DNA from: an uncultured Verrucomicrobiae bacterium
Lineage (GTDB): Bacteria; Verrucomicrobiota; Verrucomicrobiia; Chthoniobacterales; Terrimicrobiaceae
Reading direction: 5' to 3'
DNA: 64,000 bases
Assembly (NCBI GenBank): GCA_963706955.1
Contig: CAVPOC010000006.1
Coordinates: 96,001-160,000, forward strand
Part shown: positions 39,616-51,802 of the stretch, one piece after another
Numbering within the stretch: position 1 is the first letter of the stretch
Layout: each line of letters opens with the position of its first letter
Notes under the pieces: generated by a model
Database searches by the model: none
The model's input: only the letters and a program-made list of their open reading frames with translations
What the model was told of the DNA's origin: nothing
Program-made: the position numbers and the translations under genes

Positions 39616-40941
39616 CTAGCCGATTTGGCCGGTTTGCCCTAGAGCGTCTTCGCGATAAAATCGTGCGTAGAACTCCGGATCGAGCCGATGGGCTTGGAAC
39701 GCGAGCACGGTCCTGAAAGGACCTCCGCAAACTGGAAACCGCCCGTAGCGCTCATGCAGGTAGCGGCAGTAGGCGATTGTTGCCTCGATGGCCTTCGAAG
39801 AGTACGAGGGAATCCCAGCCTGAACCGCCGCACCATCGCGCCAGCCGGTCACTGCGCCGCCATCACGAAACGTTCCGCGGCCCTCCGCATACTTGTAGTC
39901 AAGGAAGGCGAGCACCGCCTCTTCCATGTCCCGATAGTAGGGTGGGCAAAATGGCTTCAGCAGCACGTTGTCGTTGTGTTCGAGTCCGATAGGCGTAGGG
40001 ACCTGAATGTCCGGCGATCCGCCCGACCCCAGACCGATGAGCTTTTGGAAGGAGATGTTTTCTGAGCGAAATCCTAAGGCAAGTGGCCAGATGAACGGAT
40101 GCGCGGCAAAGTGGGGAAAGCCTCCGAGCCCCAGGGCGGCACACATCAAGCCGAGGTTTTGATGGATGGCGCCTTGCTCGATGGCAACGAATTCACAGAT
40201 CCAAGTCTCGATAAAGCTCACCGTCAGCAAGCGTCCGGCTGCCGGATCATCGTGAAGGGATCCGCCTACGCTGCGGGCAAACTGCGCCACGCCCGCCGGC
40301 TGGTGTGCATTGCGGTCGTCCAGCACAAACATCGCGAAATCTTCGTCGAAGACAGAAAGCATTACGTTGATGTAAAGGGCCGTTAGCTCGGCGACAGGTA
40401 GGAAGTAGGTCGTGCCAGGAACATTCGCCATCCACTTGTTGAATGGAGCCACGAACGGCACTTGACAGGGGACATTCAAGCGGTGATCCGCGATCTCGAT
40501 GCGTGCTTTTTGGTAGAGCGGCACGAGTTCCTTTTTCCTGGCTGCCTCGATAAGCTCGGGAACCTCCTGGCGCGCGTAATCCTGTGGTCGCTTGAGCATC
40601 CAGGTGCCGGAATCGTTGAAGACGAAGACAGCACAATCGTGCATGGCGTCACCACTGGCGATCGTTCGGCCGATGAAATGCGTCATTATATTTCCACCAC
40701 TCGACTCGGGGGTGGTGGAACGCCCGTAGGGCAGTTCAGCGAGGGCGTAGCCAGTCACCCCGCAGGCGGCGAAGGCCAATGCAGCTTCCTGGTCCTCGGT
40801 GAGCGGATTCGGCGCGTGCTGACTTCGAAAGGCGAGTGGGCCAGTTGGCAGATTCATGCCCTGCGCGAAACGCCGCGACCTGCGGGCAAGCATTGCATCG
40901 ATGAGCAAGACGTCGTCTGGAGTGTTTGGTGGCGTCTCCAT
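39616..40941 (-). CDS. Uncharacterised protein, possible nitroreductase-like fold (441 aa)
   Basis: N-terminal RRSRRF and E.GAIHQNLGLMCAALGLGG, reminiscent of FMN-binding nitroreductase/SagB motifs. Confidence 0.55.
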   Translation of the reverse strand: METPPNTPDDVLLIDAMLARRSRRFAQGMNLPTGPLAFRSQHAPNPLTEDQEAALAFAACGVTGYALAELPYGRSTTPESSGGNIMTHFIGRTIASGDAMHDCAVFVFNDSGTWMLKRPQDYARQEVPELIEAARKKELVPLYQKARIEIADHRLNVPCQVPFVAPFNKWMANVPGTTYFLPVAELTALYINVMLSVFDEDFAMFVLDDRNAHQPAGVAQFARSVGGSLHDDPAAGRLLTVSFIETWICEFVAIEQGAIHQNLGLMCAALGLGGFPHFAAHPFIWPLALGFRSENISFQKLIGLGSGGSPDIQVPTPIGLEHNDNVLLKPFCPPYYRDMEEAVLAFLDYKYAEGRGTFRDGGAVTGWRDGAAVQAGIPSYSSKAIEATIAYCRYLHERYGRFPVCGGPFRTVLAFQAHRLDPEFYARFYREDALGQTGQIG

Positions 40942-40960
40942 GGAACAAGCGCTCGCTATC

Positions 40961-41689
40961 TCATCTCTTCAATTTGGCCCCGCCCTCGAGAGGGAAGCTC
41001 CGAAATTCGCTTTGACTAACGGATTCTGCCTCTTCGTAATCCAGGTGCCGCGGTTCGCCCCCGGGCTTTCGTTCGGCGTAATATGCCCTCCAAGTGCGAC
41101 GGGCAACTCGCGTGGTAATCGCCGTGACCGCCAGGGTGGCCGCAAGCCCAAGCCCGTAGAACGCCCAGGTAACTGGATCATGCGGTGTAACTCCGGCACT
41201 CGTGCGCAATGCTTTCCCGACCATCGCGCCCACGTAGGTGTAAGCCGCGCTCGGAGGAAGAAACCCGACAAATGATGCAACGGTGAATCTCCAAAAGGAA
41301 ATTTGAATAAGTCCCGCGGCGTAGCTGACCAGACTGTGAGGAATGATCGGCGACATCCGACTAATCAGAATCATCCGCCAGCCTTCCGAGGAGACTGCTT
41401 TGTCCAATGCCCGGAATTTCGCATTCTGACCGATCCTTTTCTGCATCCAATTTCTGGCCAGATAGCGACTGGTGATAAAATTTACCGCGGCGCCGACGGT
41501 GGAACTAACGGTCACCAGGGCGGTGCTGAACCAAAAACCATACACGGCGCCAGCGCCGATCGTCAGGATCGAACCCGGTAGAAAAAACACGCACGTGAGC
41601 GTGTAAAGGAAAATGAACCAGCCAGCGCCAACCCACCCACTCTGCGCGATCCACTCCATCGAGTGGTGAAGGAACTCGGAGAGGTTCAT
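40961..41689 (-). CDS. TVP38/TMEM64 (DedA/VTT) family membrane protein
   Basis: FLPGSILTIGAGAVYG, RMSPIIP, SYAAGL, GFLP. Confidence 0.88.
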   Translation of the reverse strand: MNLSEFLHHSMEWIAQSGWVGAGWFIFLYTLTCVFFLPGSILTIGAGAVYGFWFSTALVTVSSTVGAAVNFITSRYLARNWMQKRIGQNAKFRALDKAVSSEGWRMILISRMSPIIPHSLVSYAAGLIQISFWRFTVASFVGFLPPSAAYTYVGAMVGKALRTSAGVTPHDPVTWAFYGLGLAATLAVTAITTRVARRTWRAYYAERKPGGEPRHLDYEEAESVSQSEFRSFPLEGGAKLKR

Positions 41690-42075
41690 TTCTACGGACG
41701 GGCGCAGCGCAGCAAATTATCTTCGCTCAAAAGCTCCGCCCACGAAACCAAAGAGTTCGCGAATCTTTTCCAAGTAGTTCGAACGAGTGAGACCTGGCAG
41801 GGTATGCCGATTGGATCGAGCGCGTGCATATCACACGTCTAGCGAATGCTCTGGGCATTCGATAGCGCAAAATGGCTGAGCAATTTGGCACGCGGATTTC
41901 TCGTGATCGCGCTTGCGTAGCGCTCTCCTCGGAATTCGCGTCTCCGCAAATTTCGTCATTCGCCGATGTAACGGGCCGTGTCCCGGCCAGCGCGCGCCTA
42001 GGTGGGTCCACCGCAGAGACGCCTCGACGTGAGGACACGGTCGCTATCGATCCGCGAATCCTATCCGCCGAAAGC

Positions 42076-42103
42076 AAAAGGGCGGACTGGTGGTCCGCCC
42101 TTT
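42076..42103 (-). terminator. Intrinsic terminator after rplQ (possibly bidirectional)
   Basis: GGGCGGAC-TGGTG-GTCCGCCC hairpin flanked by A and T runs. Confidence 0.8.
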
Positions 42104-42122
42104 CGGTAGGTGTTCGGGGACC

Positions 42123-42590
42123 CTATTTCTTTGGAGACTTTTCCTCCTCTGAGCCTGAAGACTTGGCTGCTTTCTTGGAGGTCTTGGTATCTGTGTCTGA
42201 GGCTGTTTGATCGCCCGCATTAAGGTCGACCCATTCGATAAAGGCCATTAGTGCGGAGTCGCTCGACCGCGGCCCAAGTTTGACAACGCGGGTGTAGCCA
42301 CCATTTCGCGTGGCGCTGCGAGGAGCGATTTCAGCGAAGAGCTTCCCCACTGCCTTGACGGTGCGAGTGCTGTTATTGTGAAGCAACGCCAGGGCACGTC
42401 TGCGCGCATGCAGTCCGCCGCGTTTGGCCAAGGTTACCATTTTCTCGGCCAGCGGGCGAACCGCCTTGGCTTTGGCCAGGGTGGTGGTGATTCGTCCATG
42501 CTCAATCAGGCTGCAGGTTTGGTTAGCCAGCATGGCATTTCGGTGTTCGGCAGTGCGACCCAGTTTAACTGTTTTGCGGCGATGGCGCAT
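42123..42590 (-). CDS. rplQ: 50S ribosomal protein L17
   Basis: MRHRRK..KLGRT..HR.AM, ITTT.AKAK, R.GGYTRVVKLG.R; charged C-terminal tail. Confidence 0.97.
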   Translation of the reverse strand: MRHRRKTVKLGRTAEHRNAMLANQTCSLIEHGRITTTLAKAKAVRPLAEKMVTLAKRGGLHARRRALALLHNNSTRTVKAVGKLFAEIAPRSATRNGGYTRVVKLGPRSSDSALMAFIEWVDLNAGDQTASDTDTKTSKKAAKSSGSEEEKSPKK

Positions 42591-42597
42591 GATGGAC

Positions 42598-43602
42598 TTA
42601 CTTAATTTCGCCCGCCGGGTCGACGAGGCCGGTTTCGAACTTCATTCCAAGACCCAAACCGAGCTGCTGCAGCTTATCCTTTATTTCGTTAAGGGACTTC
42701 TTTCCAAAATTGCGGTACTTGAGCATTTCGGCTTCTGTCTTCATCGCAAGCTGGCCGACGGTGGTGATGTTGGCGTTGTTGAGACAATTGGCCGCGCGCA
42801 CGGAGAGTTCGATCTCGTTCACGCTCATGTTCAAGAGCTTCTTGAGCCTGGTGTTTTCCTGACTAACCTCCTCTGGCGTCTCGTCGAATTCGACCTTATT
42901 GTCGTCGTAACCGACGAAAACATCCAAGTGATGCCGAAGGATGGCCGAGGCCTGAAGAAGCGCCTCGTCCGGGGTGATGCGACCGTCGGTCCACACATCG
43001 AGGATCAACTTGTCATAATCGGTCCGCTGTCCAACACGTGTATTCTCGACCGCATATTTTACCCGGGTCACTGGCGAGAAAATGGAGTCAATCGCGATCA
43101 CTCCGATTGGCTGGTCGAGGTGCTTATTCTCGTCACCGGAGGCAAAACCGCGTCCGACCTTGATCTCGAGCTCGACGTCAAACTTTTGTTTTTTGTCGAG
43201 CGTGCAGATGTGCTGATCGGGGTTGACGACCTCGACTCCCTGCGAGCATTGAATATCGGCGGCGGTTATCACACCCTCTTTCGTTATCGAGATGGTCGCG
43301 GTGCGAGCTTCGTGATCGGGCGCCTTAAATTTTACCTTCTTGAGGTTCAGGATGATATCGACGACGTCTTCGACCACCCCAGGCAGGCTGGTAAATTCGT
43401 GCGGCGCTCCTTCGATGCGCACAGAGGTAATGGCAGCCCCTTCCAGCGAGGAGAGCAGGACGCGGCGCAGGGAATTTCCCAAGGTGTGGCCGTAGCCGGC
43501 CTCAAACGGCTCTGCGATGAATTTTGCGTAAATGTCGGTAGCCGAGACCTCATCCTTAACGAGGGTCTTCGGCATCTCGAATCTTCCGAGACGAACTGGC
43601 AT
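42598..43602 (-). CDS. rpoA: RNA polymerase alpha subunit
   Basis: EPFEAGYGHTLGNSLRRVLLSS, DSIFSPV, TDYDKL, ELSVRAANCL, NFGKKSLNEI. Confidence 0.98.
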   Translation of the reverse strand: MPVRLGRFEMPKTLVKDEVSATDIYAKFIAEPFEAGYGHTLGNSLRRVLLSSLEGAAITSVRIEGAPHEFTSLPGVVEDVVDIILNLKKVKFKAPDHEARTATISITKEGVITAADIQCSQGVEVVNPDQHICTLDKKQKFDVELEIKVGRGFASGDENKHLDQPIGVIAIDSIFSPVTRVKYAVENTRVGQRTDYDKLILDVWTDGRITPDEALLQASAILRHHLDVFVGYDDNKVEFDETPEEVSQENTRLKKLLNMSVNEIELSVRAANCLNNANITTVGQLAMKTEAEMLKYRNFGKKSLNEIKDKLQQLGLGLGMKFETGLVDPAGEIK

Positions 43603-43741
43603 GTTTTTAAAATCTATTCGCCGGGTTTCCCTGGGCGCTCACTAGCGCAGCGTCGAAGACGTGCGCTCCAGGACCAACGGCGCGGTTAATCAAGCGCGGG
43701 TGAGCACCAGTAGCGCCTCTCCTCGCAATGTCAAGGTGAAA

Positions 43742-45706
43742 TCAGGCGGAAGCCCGGGCGCTGGCATCAGCCTTTACTTCCTTCCAGAGCCGTTCAAGTG
43801 AGTCCGTCACACGCTTTTTGGTAGCTTTCAGGTCGTCCGTGGAGATGGTCTTCCCGTCGGAAAGCGGCTCGGCAGCAAACATATAATACTTGATTTTTGG
43901 TTCGGTTCCGGAAGGCCGCACCGCGATGCGCCTGTTGTCAGCCAGCGTGATCATGAGCATCGCTTCAGGGGGAATTCGATCGCCCTCGGAATCATGAATG
44001 GTTTCCGTGGCGAAGTTGGTCGTCGAACTGACCGCGGCCCCATCGATCGCCGTGGGAGGCTTGGAGGCGTACGAATCGACGAGTTTCTTGATCTGCGCGG
44101 CTCCTTCCGCTCCTTCCATCGTTAGGGATTCGCCGCGCTCAAGGTAGAAGCCAAACTCCGAAAAGATGCGATCGAGAAGACCCACCAGCGTGGTCCCCTG
44201 GGATTTGGCATAAGCCGCGACCTCGGAAATCATCACTGCTGCGCTGTTGCCGTCTTTGTCGCGCACGAAGTCTGAACCACTATAGCCGTAGCTTTCCTCA
44301 CCCCCAAACACATAGAGAGAGGAATGCTGCAACCGCAGCTTGCGGGTGACGTCTTCTGACAATTCGGCGTAGTTATTCCGAAGCTCGGCAGGAATTTTCT
44401 CCTCGTACTTGCGCAGTTTCTCTCCGATGTACTTGAATCCCGTGAGCGTCTCGACGCAGCGGATGCCGGACTTTTCGGCGATGGCCTTTTGCAGGTCCGT
44501 GGTGACAAAAGTCTTGATGATGACCCCGTGCGACTTGTTGTCGTCGTTGAGTATGCCCTTTTCAAAATGCTTCATCGCCCGATACCACGCGATCAGAGAA
44601 CCGATCTGATTTCCGGTGAGGAGCGTCATTTTGCCGGCGGTGTCCCTGACGGCGATCCCCATTCGATCGCAGTCCGGGTCGGTCGCGATCACGAGGTCGG
44701 CGCCGCTTTCGTCCGCGAGCTTCATAGCCATCGTTAGAGCCTCGGCATTTTCTGGATTTGGCGATTTCACGGTAGGGAACCGGCCGTCTGGCACGTCTTG
44801 TTCGGGAACGGTCTGACAGTGGAAACCAAGGCGATCGAGCATCGGCTTAATGATCACCCCTCCGACACCATGGAGCGCGCTGAAGACCACCTTAAAGGAG
44901 CCTTGGGCCCGGATTAGCTCTGGATCGAGCGGCAGGGTGGCTAAGCGCTTCATGTAGGCTTCGTCGATCTCGGAACCCATTGCGATCACCTTTCCTTGCT
45001 CGGAAGCAGGGACCGGTGTGTAGACATCGCTCTCTACCGCATTGACTTTTTGGATGATTCCCGAGGCATAGGGCTCAACCACTTGACCGCCGTCTTCAAA
45101 GTAAACCTTATAGCCGTTGTACTCCGGTGGGTTATGGCTTGCGGTTATGTTGATTCCAGCCTGTGACTTTGTGTGACGCACCGAAAAGGAAAGCTCCGGA
45201 GTTGAGCGGGGCCCCTCGAAAAGGTATGCGTTGCATCCATTTTCGGTGATAACTTTGGCGGCAAGTTCAGCAAATTCGCGCGAGAAGAAGCGAGTGTCGT
45301 GGCAGATGCAAATAGACGGCTTTCCGCTGCGTCGCTCTTTGGCAAAATACTCCTTTACATAGGCGACCAACCCCTGAGTTGCGCGGCTGATGTTATAGTA
45401 GTTCATCGCATTGGTGCCCGCGCACGGAAACTCCGGGCGCCCAAGAGCCTGCGGAGTGCCTTTTTCTGCTTTGGTCACCGCGGGACTGATGGTCTTGCCA
45501 CGGAGACCGCCGGTTCCAAACGCCAGCGTCCGGAAGAACCTGTTATCCAGCTCCTTCCAATTACCGGTCTCAACGAGCTCGGCGATGGAAGCCTCGCTGA
45601 TCGGCGATGTCGTCTTGGCGAGAAAGGGGAGTAGATTTTTAGCGGAGGATTCGAGAAGTTGTCCGCCTGAGGCGGCTGCCTGGATTTTTGCGGTGAGGTC
45701 GCTCAT
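43742..45706 (-). CDS. Phosphoglucomutase/phosphomannomutase
   Basis: FGTGGLRG, TASHNP, DPDCDR, GEESYG, RPSGTEPKIK. Confidence 0.95.
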   Translation of the reverse strand: MSDLTAKIQAAASGGQLLESSAKNLLPFLAKTTSPISEASIAELVETGNWKELDNRFFRTLAFGTGGLRGKTISPAVTKAEKGTPQALGRPEFPCAGTNAMNYYNISRATQGLVAYVKEYFAKERRSGKPSICICHDTRFFSREFAELAAKVITENGCNAYLFEGPRSTPELSFSVRHTKSQAGINITASHNPPEYNGYKVYFEDGGQVVEPYASGIIQKVNAVESDVYTPVPASEQGKVIAMGSEIDEAYMKRLATLPLDPELIRAQGSFKVVFSALHGVGGVIIKPMLDRLGFHCQTVPEQDVPDGRFPTVKSPNPENAEALTMAMKLADESGADLVIATDPDCDRMGIAVRDTAGKMTLLTGNQIGSLIAWYRAMKHFEKGILNDDNKSHGVIIKTFVTTDLQKAIAEKSGIRCVETLTGFKYIGEKLRKYEEKIPAELRNNYAELSEDVTRKLRLQHSSLYVFGGEESYGYSGSDFVRDKDGNSAAVMISEVAAYAKSQGTTLVGLLDRIFSEFGFYLERGESLTMEGAEGAAQIKKLVDSYASKPPTAIDGAAVSSTTNFATETIHDSEGDRIPPEAMLMITLADNRRIAVRPSGTEPKIKYYMFAAEPLSDGKTISTDDLKATKKRVTDSLERLWKEVKADASARASA

Positions 45707-45860
45707 GAGATCAGGGGAGTTTGATCTTCGGCATAGCATTCGCACAGCCGACTGCAAAGTTCATTTCGATATCTCTTGCGCTCGAGCTTCGGCGTCCAAA
45801 CAGTTTCGCTCACCATCAATTGACAGGCGCGGATTCCCATTTAGCGTCCAAGCCAATAAG

Positions 45861-47045
45861 ATGTCTCAAGAACTGAAATCGGAGCGAATTCGCTTTGTCT
45901 CTCACGCGCCCGGGCACTGGCCGGACGTGCCGATCGAGAAGTGGAATGACTGGAAGTGGCAGTTAAAAAATCGGGTCTCCTCTCTCGCCAAGCTGGAGCA
46001 GTTGATGCCCCTGACAGCGTCCGAACGCGCTGGCGCCCTGCTCGCCGGGAGCAAGCTTTCGCTCTCGATTACGCCGCACTTCTTCAACTTGATCGACGTG
46101 GAGAACACCGAGTGTCCGATTCGACGGCAGGTTGTCCCGCGAATGGAGGAGGGGTATACTGCACCGTGGGAAATGGCCGATCCCTGTGGGGAAGATAGCC
46201 ACATGCCGGTGCCAGGCTTGGTCCATCGCTACCCGGACCGAGTTCTCTTCCTGGTGACAGACCGTTGCGCTTCGTATTGCCGCTATTGCACCCGCAGCCG
46301 AGTGGTCAGCGGCGCCGGGGAGCAAGAGCTGCACACAAACTTTGACGAGGCCTTCGCGTATCTCGAGAAGCACACCGAGGTGCGTGACGTGCTCTTCTCC
46401 GGTGGCGATGCCTTGCTTTTCTCGGACGACAAGCTTGAGGAACTGTTGCGTCGTGTTCGGGCGATTTCGCACATTGAGTTCGTCCGGATTGGGACGCGGG
46501 TGCCCATCTTTTTACCGCAACGCATCACGGCGGAGCTCTGCCAGATGCTGCAGAGATACCATCCGCTCTGGATGAGCGTGCACGTCAATCATCCGCGTGA
46601 GTTGACCCTTGAAGTGCGCGAAGCACTTGGCCGCCTGGCTGATCATGGAATTCCCTTGGGCAACCAGAGTGTGCTGCTGGCGGGAGTCAACGATGATGTC
46701 GCGACGATGCGCCAGCTTGTCCATAAGCTGCTCCTCTGCCGCGTCCGTCCGTATTACCTCTACCAATGCGATCTGATCAAGGGCTCATCCCACCTGAGGA
46801 CAAGTGTGGCCAAAGGTATTGAAATCATTGAGGGATTACGTGGCCACACCTCTGGATACGCAATTCCTCAATACGTCATTGATGCGCCGGGTGGTGGCGG
46901 GAAGGTCCCGATAAATCCGGGCTACGTCCTGTATCACGACGCTGAGAAAGTCGTGATCCGCAACTTCGAAGGCAAAGTCTTTGAATACCCGGAGCTGCCG
47001 GCTCCGGTGACAGACCACCACCAGACCGAACTCTGTTCGAGCTGA
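45861..47045 (+). CDS. KamA family radical SAM protein (lysine 2,3-aminomutase-like)
   Basis: WNDWKWQLKN, HRYPDR, CASYCRYCTR, SGGD, NQSVLL.GVND, DAPGGGGKVP. Confidence 0.92.
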   Translation: MSQELKSERIRFVSHAPGHWPDVPIEKWNDWKWQLKNRVSSLAKLEQLMPLTASERAGALLAGSKLSLSITPHFFNLIDVENTECPIRRQVVPRMEEGYTAPWEMADPCGEDSHMPVPGLVHRYPDRVLFLVTDRCASYCRYCTRSRVVSGAGEQELHTNFDEAFAYLEKHTEVRDVLFSGGDALLFSDDKLEELLRRVRAISHIEFVRIGTRVPIFLPQRITAELCQMLQRYHPLWMSVHVNHPRELTLEVREALGRLADHGIPLGNQSVLLAGVNDDVATMRQLVHKLLLCRVRPYYLYQCDLIKGSSHLRTSVAKGIEIIEGLRGHTSGYAIPQYVIDAPGGGGKVPINPGYVLYHDAEKVVIRNFEGKVFEYPELPAPVTDHHQTELCSS

Positions 47046-47085
47046 TATTCCGCCTAGAAAAGCGAAGGTGCCCGGACGCCGGATG

Positions 47086-47736
47086 TCATCGTAATGCGGC
47101 GATCTCCCCCGCCACGTCGTTTGCCCGGAAGATGGATGTTCCCGCAACCATGACATTAGCGCCGGCTTCGCGCGACGCGCGGGCGGTGGCAACATTGATT
47201 CCTCCATCTACTTCAATGTGGTAGTGCAGCTTATGGGCGGCCCGCCAATCCGCACCGGCGCGAACCTTATCCAAAGCCTCGGAAATGAAGGCCTGCCCGC
47301 CAAAGCCCGGATTCACCGTCAGGATGAGCAGCACATCGATAAGGTCAAGAAAGGGTCGCGCCTTTTCGAAAGGGGTGGGTGGGCTGACGGCGAGTCCCGC
47401 TTTGCAGCCTGCCGAGCGAATTCGACTGAGGGTCTCGGCGACGTCGTGGTCAGCCTCCACATGAACGGAGATCGAGCTCGCCAGGTTTGTGAATCGCGAG
47501 AAGAACCTGTCCGGTTTCTCGAGCATCAAGTGAACGTCCAGGGGAAGCTCGGTGTGCCGTGAAGCGGCTTCCACAACATCCGGACCGAAAGAAATGTTGT
47601 CGACGAAATGCCCATCCATGACATCGCAATGGATCCAGTCCGCTCCGCCTTCGGTCACGCGCTCGATTTCCTGGCCGAGCCTCGCGAAGTCGGCGGCAAG
47701 AATCGAGGGAGCCACGATGGTGTTAAGGGGTTCCAT
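47086..47736 (-). CDS. rpe: Ribulose-phosphate 3-epimerase
   Basis: APSILAADF, HCDVMDGHFV, DVHLM, VNPGFGGQ, VDGGIN; start at 47736 or 47748. Confidence 0.95.
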   Translation of the reverse strand: MEPLNTIVAPSILAADFARLGQEIERVTEGGADWIHCDVMDGHFVDNISFGPDVVEAASRHTELPLDVHLMLEKPDRFFSRFTNLASSISVHVEADHDVAETLSRIRSAGCKAGLAVSPPTPFEKARPFLDLIDVLLILTVNPGFGGQAFISEALDKVRAGADWRAAHKLHYHIEVDGGINVATARASREAGANVMVAGTSIFRANDVAGEIAALR

Positions 47737-47750
47737 GTGGTATTTCATAG

Positions 47751-49185
<1,435 letters not shown>

Positions 49186-49189
<4 letters not shown>

Positions 49190-51696
49190 GTGTTTTCGCT
49201 GGTCCGCTTTCGCCCGACGCGCACAAATCCGCAGCGTTGTGCCGCGGCGTCGACGAGCTCCGCAACTCGCTTCTTTAACCGATATCCTCGCGCGAAGAGA
49301 AAGCAGACTGCGACCAGATAAGGAATCCAGAGCCACCAATGATTTCCTGGCACGAAGAGTTGACGATAGCCAAGAATGATGAGCACCACGACGTTGATCA
49401 GGAAGGTGGTCGCGACCATTTGTGTGGCGAGCTTAATTCGCGTCAGGCACTTGGGGCCGCCATGATATTCGGTCACGCTACGCAGCTTGATACCCCACCA
49501 AAAGCTGCCATAGACCTGGACATCCCAGTCCTTCCAACCCGTATCGATCGAGTAGTTCCACCCTTCTGATTGAAGTGCCCTGACGATTTCCGGCAGAAGT
49601 CGCTCACGGCCCTCACCATTCTCGGACCAGAAATTTAGCTTCGAGATACTGCCGCGCGTCGGCGTGTAGTTTCGCTCCGGTGAAGCGATAACTGCCGGGG
49701 GCGTGCGCTTGAACTTCAGCCAAGTGAAGTAGCGCGACCAGCCGCGGGCGAGCGGCTGGGCAAGCGCCAGGAAAGCGACCAGCAGGCGCGCGCGGATCGT
49801 ATCATGCTTCGGCTCGAGCTTGGCGTGAATCATGTAGGAAAGCGCGACAAGGAATGTCCCGCCAAACATGAGGTATGGTACAATTCGTAGAAACGGCAGA
49901 GGAATCGAGAGGCCGAAAACAAACAGGGTCAGGGCCACCCATTCGATGCTGCTCAAATAGGCGGCAAGGTCAGACTGAGGGGTCGGATAAATCGACTGAA
50001 AGAGTCCCTGTCCGAAAATCCCATGATAGATGATTGGCCGATTTACCAGCCAGGTGAAACGCGGTGCACCATAGATCTGGCCTTTCCACTTGGCGGTCCC
50101 GGTGGGACCAAAGAAAACAAGATGCTTGAAACGAAGGAGCGATTCCGCTTCTCCGTACCCCTGTTGTTGCCTTCGGAAACCAGGTAGCGTGAACCGTCGG
50201 TAGTGCCAAACGACAGCCGCGGGACTGAAGCCGATGATTTGGCCCTCTTGCTGGAGCCGCCAGCAAAAATCCACATCATCGCCAGCCTTGCGATACTCCG
50301 GATCAAATCCGCCAACTTTCTCGAAAGCCCATTTATAAAACGCCATGTTGCAGCCGGGGATGTGCTCCGCAATGACATCGGACAAGAGCACATGATTGGG
50401 GCCACCGGGCGCAGCAGCGACACAGGCCTGTATCCAGTTCTCGGCGGGAGGTGAGATATTAGGACCGCCAACACCCGCGAAATCTCCGCTCAACAACGTG
50501 CCGACCATAAAGTAAAGCCACTCCGGATCAGCCATACAGTCGCTGTCGGTGTAGGCAATAACTTCGCCTGTGGCGGTTCGGGCACCAACGTTCCGAGCTA
50601 CACTTAGGCCCGAATTTTCCTGCCGGATGTTGACCACCCCGGGATGCCTCGTGGCAATTTGCTGCGTGTGGTCCTCTGATCCATCATCAACAAGAATCAC
50701 TTCGTAATCGGGATATTCCAGATGGTGCAGCGATTCGAGGCATCGATCGAGGGTCTTGGCGCCATTGTATGAACAGACAACCACCGAAACCCTTGGATAG
50801 CGTCGCAGGCTGACCTTCCGAGTCATCGAGCCGTGGTTGGCGAAGAGCTCCTTTACGGTCGAATAGGAGAGCTTGGGGGTCCGATCACGGCCCACCAACC
50901 CGAACGCCCAATCGGTGATCTCCTGGCCACCGCGAAACCACTCGTCAGTCCAGGCATAAATGATCGTCCCTGCCAGACCACCGCGAACAACGCTCTCAAT
51001 GTGCCAGCGCAGCATCTCGGCTTGCTCGTCCTCGGAGTGGCGGATGGTGTCCATACCGAACTCGCCGAGGAGGAGCGGCTTCTCCTCGGCCAGGTTCTGC
51101 AGGCGCGCCAGGTAACTCTCGAAATCAGATTGGCGATGCAGGTAAACGTTGAAAGTCGCGAAATCCGAGTTTTGCGGAAGCAGATATTCGGTGGGAGGAT
51201 AACTCGCGTAAGAAAAAAGCGCGCTATCATCTTCCTCGCGGCCGATGTTGATCAGATTTTCCACGAACTCGGTCACTTGCCGCGGACCTAGCCACCGGAC
51301 CATCGTGCTGGGAATCTCATTTCCTACGAGGTAGCCAAACACGGCGCCATGTCCGGCATTCTGGCGCACGCCCTCGGCGACGGCACGTTCGGCATCGCGG
51401 CGTATTTTGCCATCGTTGAGAAATTCAAGATGTTCGCTCCAGGGGATCGAGATAAGCGCGCGCAGTTGAAATTCTTCGCAGAGGTCGAGAAACCACGTCG
51501 GAGGCACGTAATAAACCCGAATTAAGTTAACCCCGGCTTGAGCCATAAGCAGGAAGTCGCTCCGAGCCTTCTCGGGCGTGCCGAAATGTGCACCTTCGGC
51601 GTCGGGCGCGAACGGACCGTAGGTGACTCCTTTCACAAAGAACTTTTGATCGCGCTCGAAGAAGAACTTCGCGCGAGTGCGCACCCGATGGTTCAC
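49186..51696 (-). CDS. Glycoside hydrolase (clan A TIM barrel)-GT2 glycosyltransferase fusion with C-terminal TM region
   Basis: N-domain VKGVTYGP, IRVY, VGNE, LGEFG, WTDEW; GT2 domain VSVVVCSYN, VDDGS, YTDSDC, GDDVDFCWR. Confidence 0.85.
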
Positions 51697-51802
51697 GGCG
51701 ATACCGCTAGGGGAGTTGATACCACTTGTCCAGTGGGCAAAATAGGCGCGCTGCGGATGATGGAGTTATTTCGGCCGGAGCACGTTCGGTTCGGCGGCCC
51801 AA

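Noticed and set aside
41690..42075. ~390-bp gap with 112-116 aa ORFs
   Set aside because: The Arg/Ser/Ala-rich translations are typical of non-coding GC-rich DNA; no RBS or motif support.
42424..43689. 421-aa plus-strand ORF
   Set aside because: Antisense shadow of rpoA/rplQ; no recognisable motifs.
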